Shown here piece by piece: positions 52,342-64,000 of a stretch of 64,000 nucleotides of DNA; the first letter of the stretch is position 1, and each line of letters begins with the position of its first letter. Origin of the DNA: Bdellovibrionales bacterium (lineage in GTDB: Bacteria; Bdellovibrionota; Bdellovibrionia; Bdellovibrionales; UBA1609); the NCBI GenBank assembly GCA_965261545.1, contig CBDHDF010000011.1:128001-192000 (forward strand). The letters run 5' to 3'. The notes beneath the pieces are model-generated. The model saw only the letters and a list, made by a program, of their open reading frames with translations. It made no database searches and was not told the origin of the DNA. Both the position numbers and the translations under genes were made by a program.

Positions 52342-53334
52342 ATGATACTATCAAACATGTCCAATTCACCGTTCACATACACAGGTAAAATCGTTGATTT
52401 ACTCTCTGAAATCACCTTTTTGTTAGGTAACGCCGAAACGAGAGGGCTAGAAGTTCCAGGCCCGCAATTAAGGAAATCAAATACGATTAAAACGATTCAG
52501 GCCACGCTCGCAATTGAGGGGAACACTCTATCTGAGAAACAAATTACAGCAATCCTTGAAGGTAAAAAGGTCCGAGGACGAGCGAATGAAATTCTTGAGG
52601 TCGAAAATGCGATTTCCTTATATGAGCAGATGGATTCTTTTGATTATACAAAAACTAAGGACTTTCTAAAGGCACATAGTTTTTTGATGAAGGGGCTAGT
52701 CAAAAGACCTGGAAAGTTTCGTGATCAAAATGTGGGGATATTAAAAGGAAAGAAAGTTGTTCACGCTGCACCTCAGCCTAAGATGGTTCCTCAATTGATG
52801 AAAAAGCACCTTGAGTGGTTGAAAAAAGACGATGAAGTTCATTTGATTATTAAGTCTTGCATCTCTCATTATGAAATTGAATTTATTCATCCCTTTATGG
52901 ATGGAAATGGAAGGATGGGAAGATTTTGGCAGACTCTTATTTTAAGCCAGATAAGTTTAGTATTCCGTTATTTACCAATAGAATCGATCATTAAAGAAAA
53001 ACAAAATGATTACTATAAATCTCTAGAGATGTCGGACAAAAAGGGGGAGCCGATCCCTTTTGTCGAATTTAGCCTTGGCGTATTAAAAGCTGGATTAGAA
53101 GAGCTCATTGAAAAAGCGCCCACTATAAACAGCACTCAAGAAAAAAGGCTAGAGCTTGCAAAATCAAAATTTAAAGACAAACCATTTTCAAGAAAAGAGT
53201 ACATGAACGCCGTTCTCGAAGTTTCAACAGCTACGGCCAGTAGAGACCTTGCTCAATGGTATGAGCAAGGGGAACTTAAGAAAGAGGGAAAGAATAATCA
53301 AACAAAATATTATTTTCACAAATTGGTCAAATAA
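52342..53334 (+). CDS. Fic-domain protein with C-terminal HTH
   Basis: Canonical HPFMDGNGRMGR; TLAIEGN; C-terminal STATASRDL. Confidence 0.9.
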   Translation: MILSNMSNSPFTYTGKIVDLLSEITFLLGNAETRGLEVPGPQLRKSNTIKTIQATLAIEGNTLSEKQITAILEGKKVRGRANEILEVENAISLYEQMDSFDYTKTKDFLKAHSFLMKGLVKRPGKFRDQNVGILKGKKVVHAAPQPKMVPQLMKKHLEWLKKDDEVHLIIKSCISHYEIEFIHPFMDGNGRMGRFWQTLILSQISLVFRYLPIESIIKEKQNDYYKSLEMSDKKGEPIPFVEFSLGVLKAGLEELIEKAPTINSTQEKRLELAKSKFKDKPFSRKEYMNAVLEVSTATASRDLAQWYEQGELKKEGKNNQTKYYFHKLVK

Positions 53335-53912
53335 AAAATGCCTGTGCTGGATACAAATTATAACCAATGCCGTTCGGTTAATTGGTGTGATCCAATACTT
53401 TATTTTGACGGACTTTTCATGGGTTCCTTTGACCTCGAAGCAATTTTTATGATTTTATCCTGACTGAGTTTAAGTTGTTGAGAGTGATATTTTGATTAGC
53501 AAGGTGTGTCGAGGTGAAGTGAGTGAAAAAAGGATGACTGATTCTCTCTGTTTGGTTTGCTCTCCCGCCTGGTGGCTCAAGAAATTAAGAGCACTTGAGA
53601 TTTCCAAGTTCTCTTGGGAGGATAATTTCGCTGTATTTGATTTGATGGATTATTTTTGGAAGCCTAGTTCCTGGCATTTAAAGCAGGAGATCCTCCCACA
53701 GGTGGTGGCTACTTGCTTGAATCGAACGCAACATCCTGTTGCGGATCTTTCAGTCTCGGGCTCCTGCCCTCGCCCCTCAGCCCCAGGGGGCTTTCGGGTA
53801 CGACTGAAAGATTCTTAGTCTCGATTCCACATTGAGAGGAGATTGAGAGGAGCCTCCTATCCAGTGGGACTTTATTTGGCCCCTCAGGGAGAATAACTAC
53901 CGACCATGTAGT

Positions 53913-54159
53913 TTAAATAAGTTCTGTGGCGGCTTGGCGAACATGTTCTTCTGTAATTTGTTCTTCAGAAGCTTTCATACATGCAATCAATGAACCTCTG
54001 GCAATCAAATTGGCTTTTCTTAGCAAGCCTCCAGAGCCCTGCCAAATGGCTGTGACAGCATTATCTGTCATGAGTTTATTCTTGATTCCAGAGATTTTAA
54101 GGTGATGATCTAGATAATTTCTCATATTTTCTTCATTAAGAGCTGGTAGGTGAGCGTGG
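53913..54159 (-). pseudogene. C-terminal fragment of ExeA/GspA-like AAA ATPase
   Basis: YLDHHLKISG...AIWQGSGGLLRKAN...EHVRQAATE; 5' part lost at an IS junction. Confidence 0.65.
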
Positions 54160-54166
54160 TGTTAGG

Positions 54167-54915
54167 CGCCAATGCTATTCAAATGATAGGTAGTTTTGAG
54201 AGTAATAGCATAACTCTCTACGATAGGCTTTATTTATCTACAGAGATTATTAAGGCCCATGCTCAAGCCAGTAACTTCTTTATTGCGCGTTGTAAGCGAG
54301 GCTCTACTTTTATCCCCATTGTAAATTTATTTAATGGTCCAGGTTGGTATTCACGAATGGTTATTGAGGGGGTGGTCATTCATCTCTATAAGTATAAAAA
54401 CCCAAAGACTGGGGAGTTCTCTGTTTTGGCCACTAATCTTCCGCATGGCTCCTTGGACAAGAAGGATATGGTTGCTCTTTACTCTCGTCGTTGGGAAATA
54501 GAAACGACATTCCGTGATTTTACATCGACAATGAAAATGGAGCAGTGGCACTCAACAAGCCTTAATGGAATATTGCAAGAGCTGTATTCTTATTTTTGGC
54601 TCTTCAATTATACAAAGATTCAAATGAGCATAAATGAGGATGAAGACAGTGTGAATCAGTTGGTAAAAAATGACTACAAAAAACCTAACTTTAAACTGAT
54701 TCTTGATTTCATAATGGATAGCATCCCTCTTTTTGTTGCGGGGCTCTATCAGAAATTTAGGAAGCAGATAAAGTTGCTGATGAAGATTTCAATGGAGAAG
54801 AGGAGGCACTTCAAAAGAAGCTATGAAAGGTCTATCAAAAGGGATGGGAGTTCTTTTAAAAGAAATAGCTTAACGCAGAGGCAGAGGGGTGTGGTGGCTT
54901 AAGGAAACGGCATTG
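54167..54915 (+). pseudogene. IS4 type A, 5'-truncated copy
   Basis: Near-identical to ~62077-62825 including the right TIR. Confidence 0.88.
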
Positions 54916-55993
54916 CCCTTTGGATAGTTCAGATAGTTCAATAAGGAACAACAATTTAAAAATGAAGCACAACTATTTACATAAGATAGACTGGCTGGAT
55001 GGGGAGAAAGTTCGGCCTTATGTATTTTTTCGTCAAGGAAACGAAGTGAAAGACCCTGGAAGTCGCTTTCATTGTGACTGGTTTCCCTTTGAACCCATGG
55101 GTTTGGATTCTCTAAAGATAAGTAGCCTTGATTTCTCCGAACATATTCTCAATATGGAGCATAGAGCCTTTCGTAGCTCTCAAATGCCCATACCCCGGTG
55201 GGCCTTTTATGATTGTGCATTGATGCCGGGTTTTGTTTCGGGCTTTGCCCATAGAACCTCTATGTTATCCAAGGAATGGATAGAAGCCTTGGGAAATCGT
55301 TCTCAGATTGAGTGGACTCCCATTTCTCTTTTTATCATTATCCCCACCATGGGTGAGGGAGAGTGGATGGCTCATAATCTTTGCTCTATGAATACTTTGA
55401 TAAAGAAAGAAAGCCGTTACTATGGGTTGGGATTTTTAACCAAGGCTTTTGGTCTTTGGTATGCCAATGTTGAAACCTGTTGTGGTGTGACTCAGTGGAC
55501 TAGCCCCGCTCTTCGTCTCCATGCCCACTATGGAGATGGAAATTTTATCATCTTACACTCTAGTTCACGATTACGCTCATACCTTGTTAGGCGCCAATTA
55601 AAATTGGCCATTTTTAGAAGCCGTCGCCAATGAAAAACGGCCAGTTGATGATGTACTGATTTAGTTATTCTTCGTTCAGAGTTTAGTCAAGTGTCTTTAT
55701 TTTGCTCATCATTTAACTCGGACTATGCCACAAGATTCTGAGGAATGATTTTCTGCCCACCACTTTTGGCATGACCCCAAATGCATCCTTCAGCCCTATG
55801 GCAGAGGTAAATGGAGTATTTTTCAGGATTCCTTGGCGCAGCTAATGTCTAAAGCTCCGCGAGAGTGACGAGCAAATAGTACGGTAAAAGCCAGTTATCC
55901 ATAAATTTATCCATGGCGACACTGCGGCTGTGACCCCGATGTCTAGCAACGCAGTGCTGCTGTGGATAAATTTTGTGGATAACTGGCGAGTTC

Positions 55994-57892
55994 CCTGAAA
56001 TCCCTAAAAGTTGTAACTAGGTGTAGGACTTAAGTCCTGATTATTGTCTGAGAAGGCCTTCACTTTGATTAAGAGATTGTCATCTCTTCAAAAGCATAGT
56101 TACAATATTAACGATGTCATACACTTTTGAGCAAAAAAATAAGGGAAAAACCTATGTCTATAAAGTTGAAAGCTTTTGGGACAAGGAAAAAAAGCAGGCC
56201 AGGCAAAAACGCATCTACCTTGGAAGAAAGGATGAGTTTACAGGTCAAATTAAGACCAAAAGAAAAAAGATTCCCATAGGCTCCTATAATGTGGGAGCCT
56301 TATTTTTCTTAGAGAAAATATGCGAACAACTAAATCTTCTAAAAACATTGTCTAAAATTTATCCAGATAATTACGAACATTATTTGCATTTAGCTTTTTT
56401 TAAAATAATCAAAAGAGAGCCCTTTTATCTTTACGATATGTGGTGTCAAGAAGCTTATGTTTCAAAGAAAAATTTTATGTCGTCACAAAAAATAAGCAAT
56501 CTCTTATGTGATCTTGGGAGAGATCAAAAAAAGATAGAATCTTTCTTTAGCGAATGGATAAATCAAGTGAAGGGTTCTGGTACGGTAATGTTTGACATCA
56601 CATCCTTTTCTTCCTACTCTATGAATAATGAATTTTTAGAGAAAGGTTACAACAGAGATGGAGAGAATCTCGAACAAATAAACTTAGGTCTGATAAGTAG
56701 GAAATCTGAAGACAATAAAACTCATACGCCTATAGCGTACAGAATCTATCCTGGAAGTATACCGGATGTCAAAACTTTATCGAATATTATTGAGATCATA
56801 ACAAGTTATAAATTAGATTTAGATTGTTTAGTTATGGATAAGGGTTTTTCTAGTGTAGAAAATATTAAGGGACTGCATCGTAAGGAATTGAAGTATTTGA
56901 TACCCATGAGTTTTAGAACAAAACTCTCAAGAGAGCTTGCTGTGGCTTTAAATGAGAAAATAAAATCTCCATCATGCTCTTTTACTTTTAATGAGGAAAT
57001 TTATTCGCATTGCAAAGAATCAATAAAAATCGGAGGATTTGATTGTACGGCTCATATTTTCTTAGACAAAGAAAGAAGGGTTTATGAGGAATCTGTGTTA
57101 ATGAAAGAGTTGCTTGATTTTATGAAACTCTTTCTTGAGAAAGATTTGAAATCAGAAGAACAAGCTAGTTCCTATATGAAAGAAACTTTAGGAAATAAAA
57201 AAAGGTTTCTCAATATCTCTGATTGCACTCCATTTAAGATTTCTTTAAATGAAGAAAATATTAATGAAGAATCTTCTACGCTGGGTATTATGATATTAAT
57301 TACAAATAGTCATGATTTAAAGAAAACAAATATATTGAGTTTATATCGAAACAAAGATATCATTGAGAAAGTATTTTTCTCATTCAAGCATGATATTAAT
57401 GGAAGGAGAAGTCGAGTTCATTCTCTCATGAATATGAGGGGAAGCATCTTTATTAATTTTCTCTCTTTAATTTTAATTTCACATATTGATACTGTTATGA
57501 AAGATAAGAAGTTATATAAAAAAATGTCTAAAATAGAAATTTACAAAATGATGGACCGATTAAAATTTTATGAATTAGCTACAGGTGATCTGATGCTTGG
57601 AGAGCTGTCTAAAAAACAAAAGGATATTTTTTCAGCCTTCCAAATAGATGGGCTTCCCAAGACAAAATGATGTTTTTTATCTGTTTCAAATGTGACGGTG
57701 GCTGTGGCTACCACTATGCCTCATCTATCCAATGGGGACGAAGAGGACCTTTCGCAGCAAATTCTTATGAATCATATTAAATATATTAATACTATTAAAC
57801 CTCTCAAACCGTTGACAGCAGCCAATTCCATAGGAAGAGAGGAAAGTTAACGCAATACATTAAACCTAGTTACAACTTTTAGGGATTTCAGG
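55994..57892 (+). mobile_element. IS1634-family IS
   Basis: 29-bp TIRs CCTGAAATCCCTAAAAGTTGTAACTAGGT; 6-bp TSD GAGTTC. Confidence 0.9.
56114..57670 (+). CDS. IS1634 transposase
   Basis: FDITSFSSYS, GYNRD, YPGSIPD, MDKGF, YRNKDIIEKVF. Confidence 0.9.
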   Translation: MSYTFEQKNKGKTYVYKVESFWDKEKKQARQKRIYLGRKDEFTGQIKTKRKKIPIGSYNVGALFFLEKICEQLNLLKTLSKIYPDNYEHYLHLAFFKIIKREPFYLYDMWCQEAYVSKKNFMSSQKISNLLCDLGRDQKKIESFFSEWINQVKGSGTVMFDITSFSSYSMNNEFLEKGYNRDGENLEQINLGLISRKSEDNKTHTPIAYRIYPGSIPDVKTLSNIIEIITSYKLDLDCLVMDKGFSSVENIKGLHRKELKYLIPMSFRTKLSRELAVALNEKIKSPSCSFTFNEEIYSHCKESIKIGGFDCTAHIFLDKERRVYEESVLMKELLDFMKLFLEKDLKSEEQASSYMKETLGNKKRFLNISDCTPFKISLNEENINEESSTLGIMILITNSHDLKKTNILSLYRNKDIIEKVFFSFKHDINGRRSRVHSLMNMRGSIFINFLSLILISHIDTVMKDKKLYKKMSKIEIYKMMDRLKFYELATGDLMLGELSKKQKDIFSAFQIDGLPKTK

Positions 57893-57919
57893 GAGTTCCT
57901 TCCCCAAAAGTGGGGATCT

Positions 57920-58702
57920 CTAATGAACTTCTTTGGTTGAACTTTCCTCTTTGCTCTGTTTAGACTTGGCTTTTGCCGATTCGGTTCTCCAACTTTCTTT
58001 TCCTTCAATGTTGAGGGTTTCACAGTTGTGAATGATTCGATCAACAGCAGCAGCGGTGGTAATAGGGTTAAGAAACACCTTATCCCATTCAGAGTATGTT
58101 AAGTTTGTAGTGATCATGAGACTTTTCCTTTCATATCGCTGAGATATGAATTGAAAGAAAAGATCTGCCCCCTCTGTGCAGGAAGCTGTATAGCCAAGTT
58201 CATCACAAGCAATAAGATCAAAACGGTCTAATTTCTTAAAAAGAGCATTCAATGAGAGTTCTTTCTTGCTTTCACGCATTGTTTCAATAAGTTCATGAGT
58301 GGTGACCCATAAACATCGATAGCCTTGTTCACAGAGTGAACGAACTAGGGACATGGCCAAATGACTTTTCCCCATTCCAAAGCTTCCGTAAAACACAACA
58401 TTACAGGCTTTTCTGACCCACTCTCCCTCTGCCATCCAATTAATTTGCTGAGCTGTCACTCCCGTTCTTTTCTGGAAGTTATAAGTTTGGAGTGATTTAA
58501 GTTGAGGAAGCTTGGCCCCCTTAAGCAATCTTTTCACTCTCTGGGAATGCTTGTCAGCAAGCTCATTTTGAACGAGTATACCTAAATACTGTTCATACGT
58601 CTTTTTTGTTTTTTCGGCAACTCTAGCCGTTGCAACATATTCATCCGCCATCGCTGGAAGTCGGAGTTTTTTAAGAGAACCTATAAGTTCTTCGTGATTC
58701 AT
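57920..58702 (-). CDS. istB: IstB ATPase
   Basis: Identical protein to 40358-41140. Confidence 0.92.
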   Translation of the reverse strand: MNHEELIGSLKKLRLPAMADEYVATARVAEKTKKTYEQYLGILVQNELADKHSQRVKRLLKGAKLPQLKSLQTYNFQKRTGVTAQQINWMAEGEWVRKACNVVFYGSFGMGKSHLAMSLVRSLCEQGYRCLWVTTHELIETMRESKKELSLNALFKKLDRFDLIACDELGYTASCTEGADLFFQFISQRYERKSLMITTNLTYSEWDKVFLNPITTAAAVDRIIHNCETLNIEGKESWRTESAKAKSKQSKEESSTKEVH

Positions 58703-60168
58703 TAAGAACCTCCTATGTTTGGAACAAGACTGTCATATTGAGACAATCTAGGTTGAAGTGGTTTTTGTTGGTCATTCAAATTAATTTTGGTGGGATTTCC
58801 TAAGAGCAAATCTTTTATGGATTTAAAGTCGAAAATCTCACGACTTTCTAATTGAAGCTCCATGGCTGTAGATAAGTCCTGCCAACTCACATGCTGAATC
58901 AAGTTGATAACTCTTAAATATTCATGCTCGGCACGGCTTGAATCTTGTTGCTTGAGGTATTGATAAAAATTTTCAAACACATTTGTTGGAAAAAGAATGG
59001 ATCGGTGAGCCCATCTTACCATGGCTTGCGGCTTACGAACTAAAGAGGGAAGGATATGTTCAAGAAGAAGACTATGCTCCCCATCAGGTTTTCTTTGATG
59101 GCGAGCGACAATTTCTTGCTTCCCTCCTGCACGATAGATCGTGACATGATAGGGACCCTGTACGGTTTTACAGGGAGCTTGGATCACCTCATCAGGTATG
59201 GAATATGTGGTTTTACCTATTCTCAAAGTCCCATAACCATTACTTTGACAAATATTCACCTTACAGAGAATATCTTCATCTCGTGGAGGCAAAGGCTTAA
59301 GAACTTTGGCCTCCTCCTCAAAGCGAGATTTGGTGGAGTCACTCTGATGCTGATCCATATAAGACTCTAAAAACTGATTCAAATGATCCCAGTCTTTAAA
59401 AACAATTCCTTTGTTTCTAACAATATTTTTTATCCGAGAACTGAAGGTTCGAATATCACGCTCCACATCTCCCTTGTCAGAGCCCTTCCCTGCGCGGCAG
59501 GGAAGAACCTTAAATCCATAGTATTGGATGGCTCGATCAAAAGATTGGGTGTAAATTCGCTGATTTCCTTTAAGAACTTTCTTCACACAGGGAGATAAAT
59601 TATCAATACGGATGTTCGCACTCATCCCACCTATCTTTTCAAAAAAAGCATGCACCCCATCGATGAAACACTCATAGACAAGAAAGGGGTAGGCACGAAC
59701 CCAACAGGTGCCACTACAAGGCAATGTTCCAAAATGGAGATGAACGATCTGAACACCATCGGCAAATGGTAAAGCAACCTTCTCCTTAAAATCAAACTGA
59801 GCCTGTTCTCCAGGATCATATCTTTGGCTGAAAAAACGCTCCTTGGGGCGAGAACCAAGAATCTCACAAACTCTTCTCTGAACCGTTCTCTCACTCCCAC
59901 GATAACCCTCCTCAACTAATAGCTCATATATTTCACGGGCGGTGTTACTTGGGTTCAACTTCAAAAAGTACTTCACCCGATCCATATATCCATTAAGGGG
60001 ATCTGGGCGAGTTCTTTTGGACCTCGCCTTGTACTTCGGTGGGGTGTTGGACTCACAGTACTTGCGCACCGTCTTACGATTGATCCCTAATTCACGAGAT
60101 ATTTCTGTCTTATTTTTACCACTGTGACTCAGGTCACGAATGCGGCCGAAAGTGTATTGACTAATCAT
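58702..60168 (-). CDS. istA: IstA transposase
   Basis: Same protein as 38892-40358. Confidence 0.92.
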   Translation of the reverse strand: MISQYTFGRIRDLSHSGKNKTEISRELGINRKTVRKYCESNTPPKYKARSKRTRPDPLNGYMDRVKYFLKLNPSNTAREIYELLVEEGYRGSERTVQRRVCEILGSRPKERFFSQRYDPGEQAQFDFKEKVALPFADGVQIVHLHFGTLPCSGTCWVRAYPFLVYECFIDGVHAFFEKIGGMSANIRIDNLSPCVKKVLKGNQRIYTQSFDRAIQYYGFKVLPCRAGKGSDKGDVERDIRTFSSRIKNIVRNKGIVFKDWDHLNQFLESYMDQHQSDSTKSRFEEEAKVLKPLPPRDEDILCKVNICQSNGYGTLRIGKTTYSIPDEVIQAPCKTVQGPYHVTIYRAGGKQEIVARHQRKPDGEHSLLLEHILPSLVRKPQAMVRWAHRSILFPTNVFENFYQYLKQQDSSRAEHEYLRVINLIQHVSWQDLSTAMELQLESREIFDFKSIKDLLLGNPTKINLNDQQKPLQPRLSQYDSLVPNIGGS

Positions 60169-60987
60169 AAGATCCTCCTCATTGCTAACCTTTTGAGTTG
60201 CAAGAGGGAGGGACTCTGTGAGCTTAGTATCTATATCAGAAGAAGAGACTTCATTGTCTAGTATTTGAACACTCCCTGAAGATTGGTCACTTTTCATTGG
60301 CGACAACCTCCATATTGAAAGTGGGACATTTTAATTGGCGACGGCTTTAAGGGAAGCCTGTCTTTAGAAAGAAATTCCATGAAAATTGAGGCAAATGTTG
60401 GAATCTTGTGGAATTTAAATACTTTAGAAAATGGGCACACCTAAACAGGCTTTTCTTGACTATATATTTAACCTCATTGAAATCCAGAAACAGTCTACAA
60501 ATGACAAATATGGAACCTGAATAGGCTGTCATGGAAGGACTCTCCAACACGGAGCCCCTTTCCAGGTCGACAAGAACCCAAAAGGAGTTCTTATCAGCTC
60601 GGAGCCTTTTTATGAGTAATATCAATTGATTATATGCGTCTCGGTTGACAATGCCAAAAATCACCATAGGTCCTCCTCTGAAAAGTGGCCACTTTTCATT
60701 GGCGACGGTGGGGCATTTTAATTGTCAGCTAACATACCTTGACTTATCGCTTGAAGGTGAATGCAAACTATTGGGAGTCTTTTTTTACTGGCCAATTTCA
60801 TTCAGGTTTTACCAGAAAGTATCATAAACAGAATTTTGATCTAAACCATCAATCAGCGTCGAGTTTGATGAATCTTCAAGAAAAGATTGAGATGGGTGAG
60901 GGGCCTTTTTATCTCCATGCTTCAGACATGAGTCGCCATAAATTGGAGGGAGCACTCCCCCTTTATCAAATGGCATGAAAAAAAGCC

Positions 60988-63226
60988 CTATTGTGATTGT
61001 TCAGGTTGTAATTTCTTCTTAGAAGTGGAATCGAATTTTTTGTGGAAAAGAAATTTGGAAGGTACAGCCTTCCAATTACCAGTGTTTAGAGAAATTCTAT
61101 AGTCAGTAGGACATCCACCACGGCCTGTTCCTGCCACACGGTACAGCAAAGCCATCGCAAGATGAAATCTAGGACCCTGAAAATAATGAATTTCAATACT
61201 TTTATTTTCAGAAGGTGCAAATACATAAGGCTGAGAGGTACAGCGCCACCTCGGAGAATGAAGAGAGTCATCTTGGAGAATAGTCTTTCCGTCGAGAATA
61301 ACTCTCATTCCATCGTCAGAGACCATGGCAAACTCATAGGACTTTGATTTTGATCCATTGTTGGGCATAATAAATCCTGAAATACGCAATGAGAACCACT
61401 CATAGAGTCAATGCCGTTTCCTTAAGAAAAATCTCTTGAAATTATTAGATAAATCGACAAGAATAAGACTTGTTTTATTTTACACCCAACCCTCAACCAA
61501 GGAGTAAGTCACATGCAATCCAATATTGATCTCGAAAGCCCCCAAATGACGAGTTCGCGTCACAGATGACCATTTTATTCTACCAAAACTTGATTCTTCC
61601 TTCAAGCCAGAGCACCTTGTCGATCCAGAAAAACAAAAAAGGAATCGAAAATTTAATCCTCAAATTTTCTTTTTTACTATTATCTATCTTATTTCCGGAA
61701 CAAATTACGAAGGCTACCAAATCGCTCTTAAGACGGTATGGACTCATTTTGGTGACCTGCTTCTCATGCCAGTCAAAAGCAGTCTCAGCAAGATACGTCA
61801 AAGTATTTCTTACCTATTTTTTAAAAATATCTTTGAATCTCTGATTACAGACTACGAACCATTGAGAAAAACGTTTCATGGCTTTTATATCTATGCCATA
61901 GATGGCGACCAATTAGCACTTCCTCGCTCTAAAGATCTTTTAAAGGAGGGTTATTGTGGGTACCCTTGCCCAAATGAGATGGAAACTCATTTCTTACGTA
62001 TGTATCTATCTCATGCTTATGACGTTTTATCGGGTGTGACAAAGAATCTTTGCTTTTCTCCCGCTCTCAACGAAATCGCCAATGCTATTCAAATGATAGG
62101 TAGTTTTGAGAGTAATAGCATAACTCTCTACGATAGGCTTTATTTATCTACAGAGATTATTAAGGCCCATGCTCAAGCCAGTAACTTCTTTATTGCGCGT
62201 TGTAAGCGAGGCTCTACTTTTATCCCCATCGTAAATTTATTTAATGGCCCAGGTTGGTATTCACAAATGGTTATTGAGGGGGTGGTCATTCATCTCTATA
62301 AGTATAAAAACCCAAAGACTGGGGAGTTCTCTGTTTTGGCCACTAATCTTCCGCATGGCTCCTTGGACAAGAAGGATATGGTTGCTCTTTACTCTCGTCG
62401 TTGGGAAATAGAAACGACATTTCGTGATTTTACATCGACAATGAAAATGGAGCAGTGGCACTCAACAAGCCTTAATGGAATATTGCAAGAGCTGTATTCT
62501 TATTTTTGGCTCTTCAATTATACAAAGATTCAAATGAGCATAAATGAGGATGAAGACAGTGTGAATCAGTTGGTAAAAAATGACTACAAAAAACCTAACT
62601 TTAAACTGATTCTTGATTTCATAATGGATAGCATCCCCCTTTTTGTTGCGGGGCTCTATCAGAAATTTAGGAAGCAGATAAAGTTGCTGATGAAGATTTC
62701 AATGGAGAAGAGGAGGCACTTCAAAAGAAGCTATGAAAGGTCTATCAAAAGGGCTGGGAGTTCTTTTAAAAGAAATAGCTTAACGCAGAGGCAGAGGGGT
62801 GTGGTGGCTTAAGGAAACGGCATTGACTCATAGAGTGTATCACCATTTAGGTCTTTAATAAGGGTTCCATCATTGGTTTGAAATCCGTCTTCAAAATATA
62901 GAAAAGGGGTATTGACTTGATTCAAATGGATAAGAGTTGGAATTCTCGTGCCATGTTTCAAATAGCCATCGAGTTTCTTATTATATTTGGTTTGAGAAGA
63001 ATTCAGGTAATATATATATCCAGCAAGTCCGTTGGATGAAGTGGAGCATTGTGAATTTTTAAATGGATTACAGATAATTTCCACGGTGTTTACGTTCCAA
63101 GAATGACTTTTTTTGCTGGTATCGCCATTGTTATCAACAGCTACGACATGAAAACTATGTGTTCCAACACGAAGATTTGTTAGAGTTTCTGAGTGGGATG
63201 CTTGGCAGCTCCTAGGCTCTTCGTCA
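60988..63226 (-). pseudogene. PA14-domain (plus Ig-like) surface protein broken by IS4 and by the LSR element
   Basis: WFSLRISGFI...YEFAMVSDDGMRV...IEIHYFQGP; frame rejoins across the 11-bp TSD; upstream GTHSFHVVAVD runs up to the LSR junction. Confidence 0.78.
61409..62825 (+). mobile_element. IS4 type A, uninterrupted copy
   Basis: 18-bp TIRs; 11-bp TSD ACTCATAGAGT; transposase with AIDGD, YDRLY, YSRRWEIET (ORF 61766-62812, frame open from 61550). Confidence 0.92.
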
Positions 63227-63232
63227 TTTGAT

Positions 63233-64000
63233 CACTCATGTTGATACCCCCTTAGTAACGTAGCTTTTTAATTGATCCGGACTTAAGTTTTTTAAAGTCA
63301 GATATGGTTTTTTTCTTATCTGGAAAGAGATAAGCCTTTGTTTTCTCGTGTTTTTTGACAATGATCCTCCCTTGTTTAATATGGTGATAAATCCAATGAA
63401 CTTTAACATCAATAAGTGCTGCAATTTGAGATGTTGTGAGGCTTCCCTCGACTTTGGTCGGAAAAGAGTGCTTTCGATTCCGATAGATTTTATTGTTTAG
63501 TCTATAGGACTTCACAGTATTTCTGAGAAAAGTGGTATCCATTGGTGATCTGAATCCTTTTTGGGTCAATAGTTTGGCAATATCTTCATCAGACACCCCA
63601 AGCTTGACCTGCTGCGCAATTATTTTCTTTATCGTTTCAGAAGATGACAGTTCATCAAAAGATCCAACTTTGATTGGAATGCTAGCTTCTGTTGTATCTC
63701 CTCCAATCCAAACAATTCTCAGTGCAACCATATCTCTTTTCTTTCTGTGAATGACAACCTTTTCAACCAATGTTCTAAGAATTTTCTTTTTCATGTCTTT
63801 GGTCAATATCTTATCCTCCCATAGCGAAGGTAGTTTTTGATTCAAATCTGAAAATTCTCTTTTCATTTTTTGAGAGATCACAGTTGGAATACGCTGTTCA
63901 TTCTTAACCCTCTCTAGGTGATCTTCGGCTTTTTTAAGTATTACTAAAGCCTCTTCCCATTGTGTTTCTAATTCATCTGCAACAAGTCTATTCTCAGGGT
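63233..64000 (-). mobile_element. Large serine recombinase element, copy 2 (runs off the window)
   Basis: Reverse complement of the 3' part of copy 1; same ATCAAA core at 63227-63232. Confidence 0.9.

Larger units (their letters stand above)
55585..60734 (-). mobile_element. IS21 type A, copy 3 (IS1634 in its 3' non-coding arm)
   Basis: TSD TACCT; reassembles to 3245 bp. Confidence 0.92.
54962..60978 (+). pseudogene. Hypothetical host gene, frameshifted (~55535) and interrupted by IS21
   Basis: Shifted frame MEILSSYTLVHDYAHT continues as LTYRLKVNA after removing the IS and TSD TACCT. Confidence 0.7.

Noticed and set aside
53366..53900. IS4-like end (CAATGCCGTT), ORF 53492-53818 and a GC-rich hairpin near 53742-53815
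   Set aside because: Appear to be mobile-element debris; no partner end or recognisable product.
1..64000. CRISPR array, rRNA or tRNA genes
   Set aside because: No repeat-spacer series, cas genes or cloverleaf seen by eye; not confirmed computationally.

Overview
AT-rich bacterial accessory region, about 57% of it insertion sequences (summed from my mapped boundaries). No rRNA, tRNA or CRISPR was seen. 1-26 kb: the end of a decayed mobilisable/integrative element (TraG-like fragment, oriT-like region, mobC, MOBP relaxase), then four tandem near-identical xis + tyrosine-integrase modules. Between the modules lie different cargoes: a RES-Xre toxin-antitoxin pair, an ABC-three-component (Lamassu-like) operon, and an FGE/CLec lipoprotein plus a frameshifted Rpn nuclease. 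26-64 kb: a dense IS field (two IS21 types, two ISNCY/IS5-like types, several IS4 types, IS1634, a MITE, a large-serine-recombinase element), including a 14.8-kb nested stack. It surrounds three lipoprotein genes (two tandem gluzincin peptidases), a Fic gene and IS-broken host genes. Top leads: (1) a Lamassu-like operon whose CTD protein has no enzymatic effector but shares an amyloid-like motif with a small upstream membrane protein; (2) a ~480-510-codon stop-free overprinted frame across one transposase; (3) the integrase-punctuated cargo array; (4) an orphan DGR-like variable region; (5) a DnaA-box palindrome shared by unrelated IS families; (6) a minimal serine-recombinase transposon. All family calls are by-eye motif recognition, not database searches.
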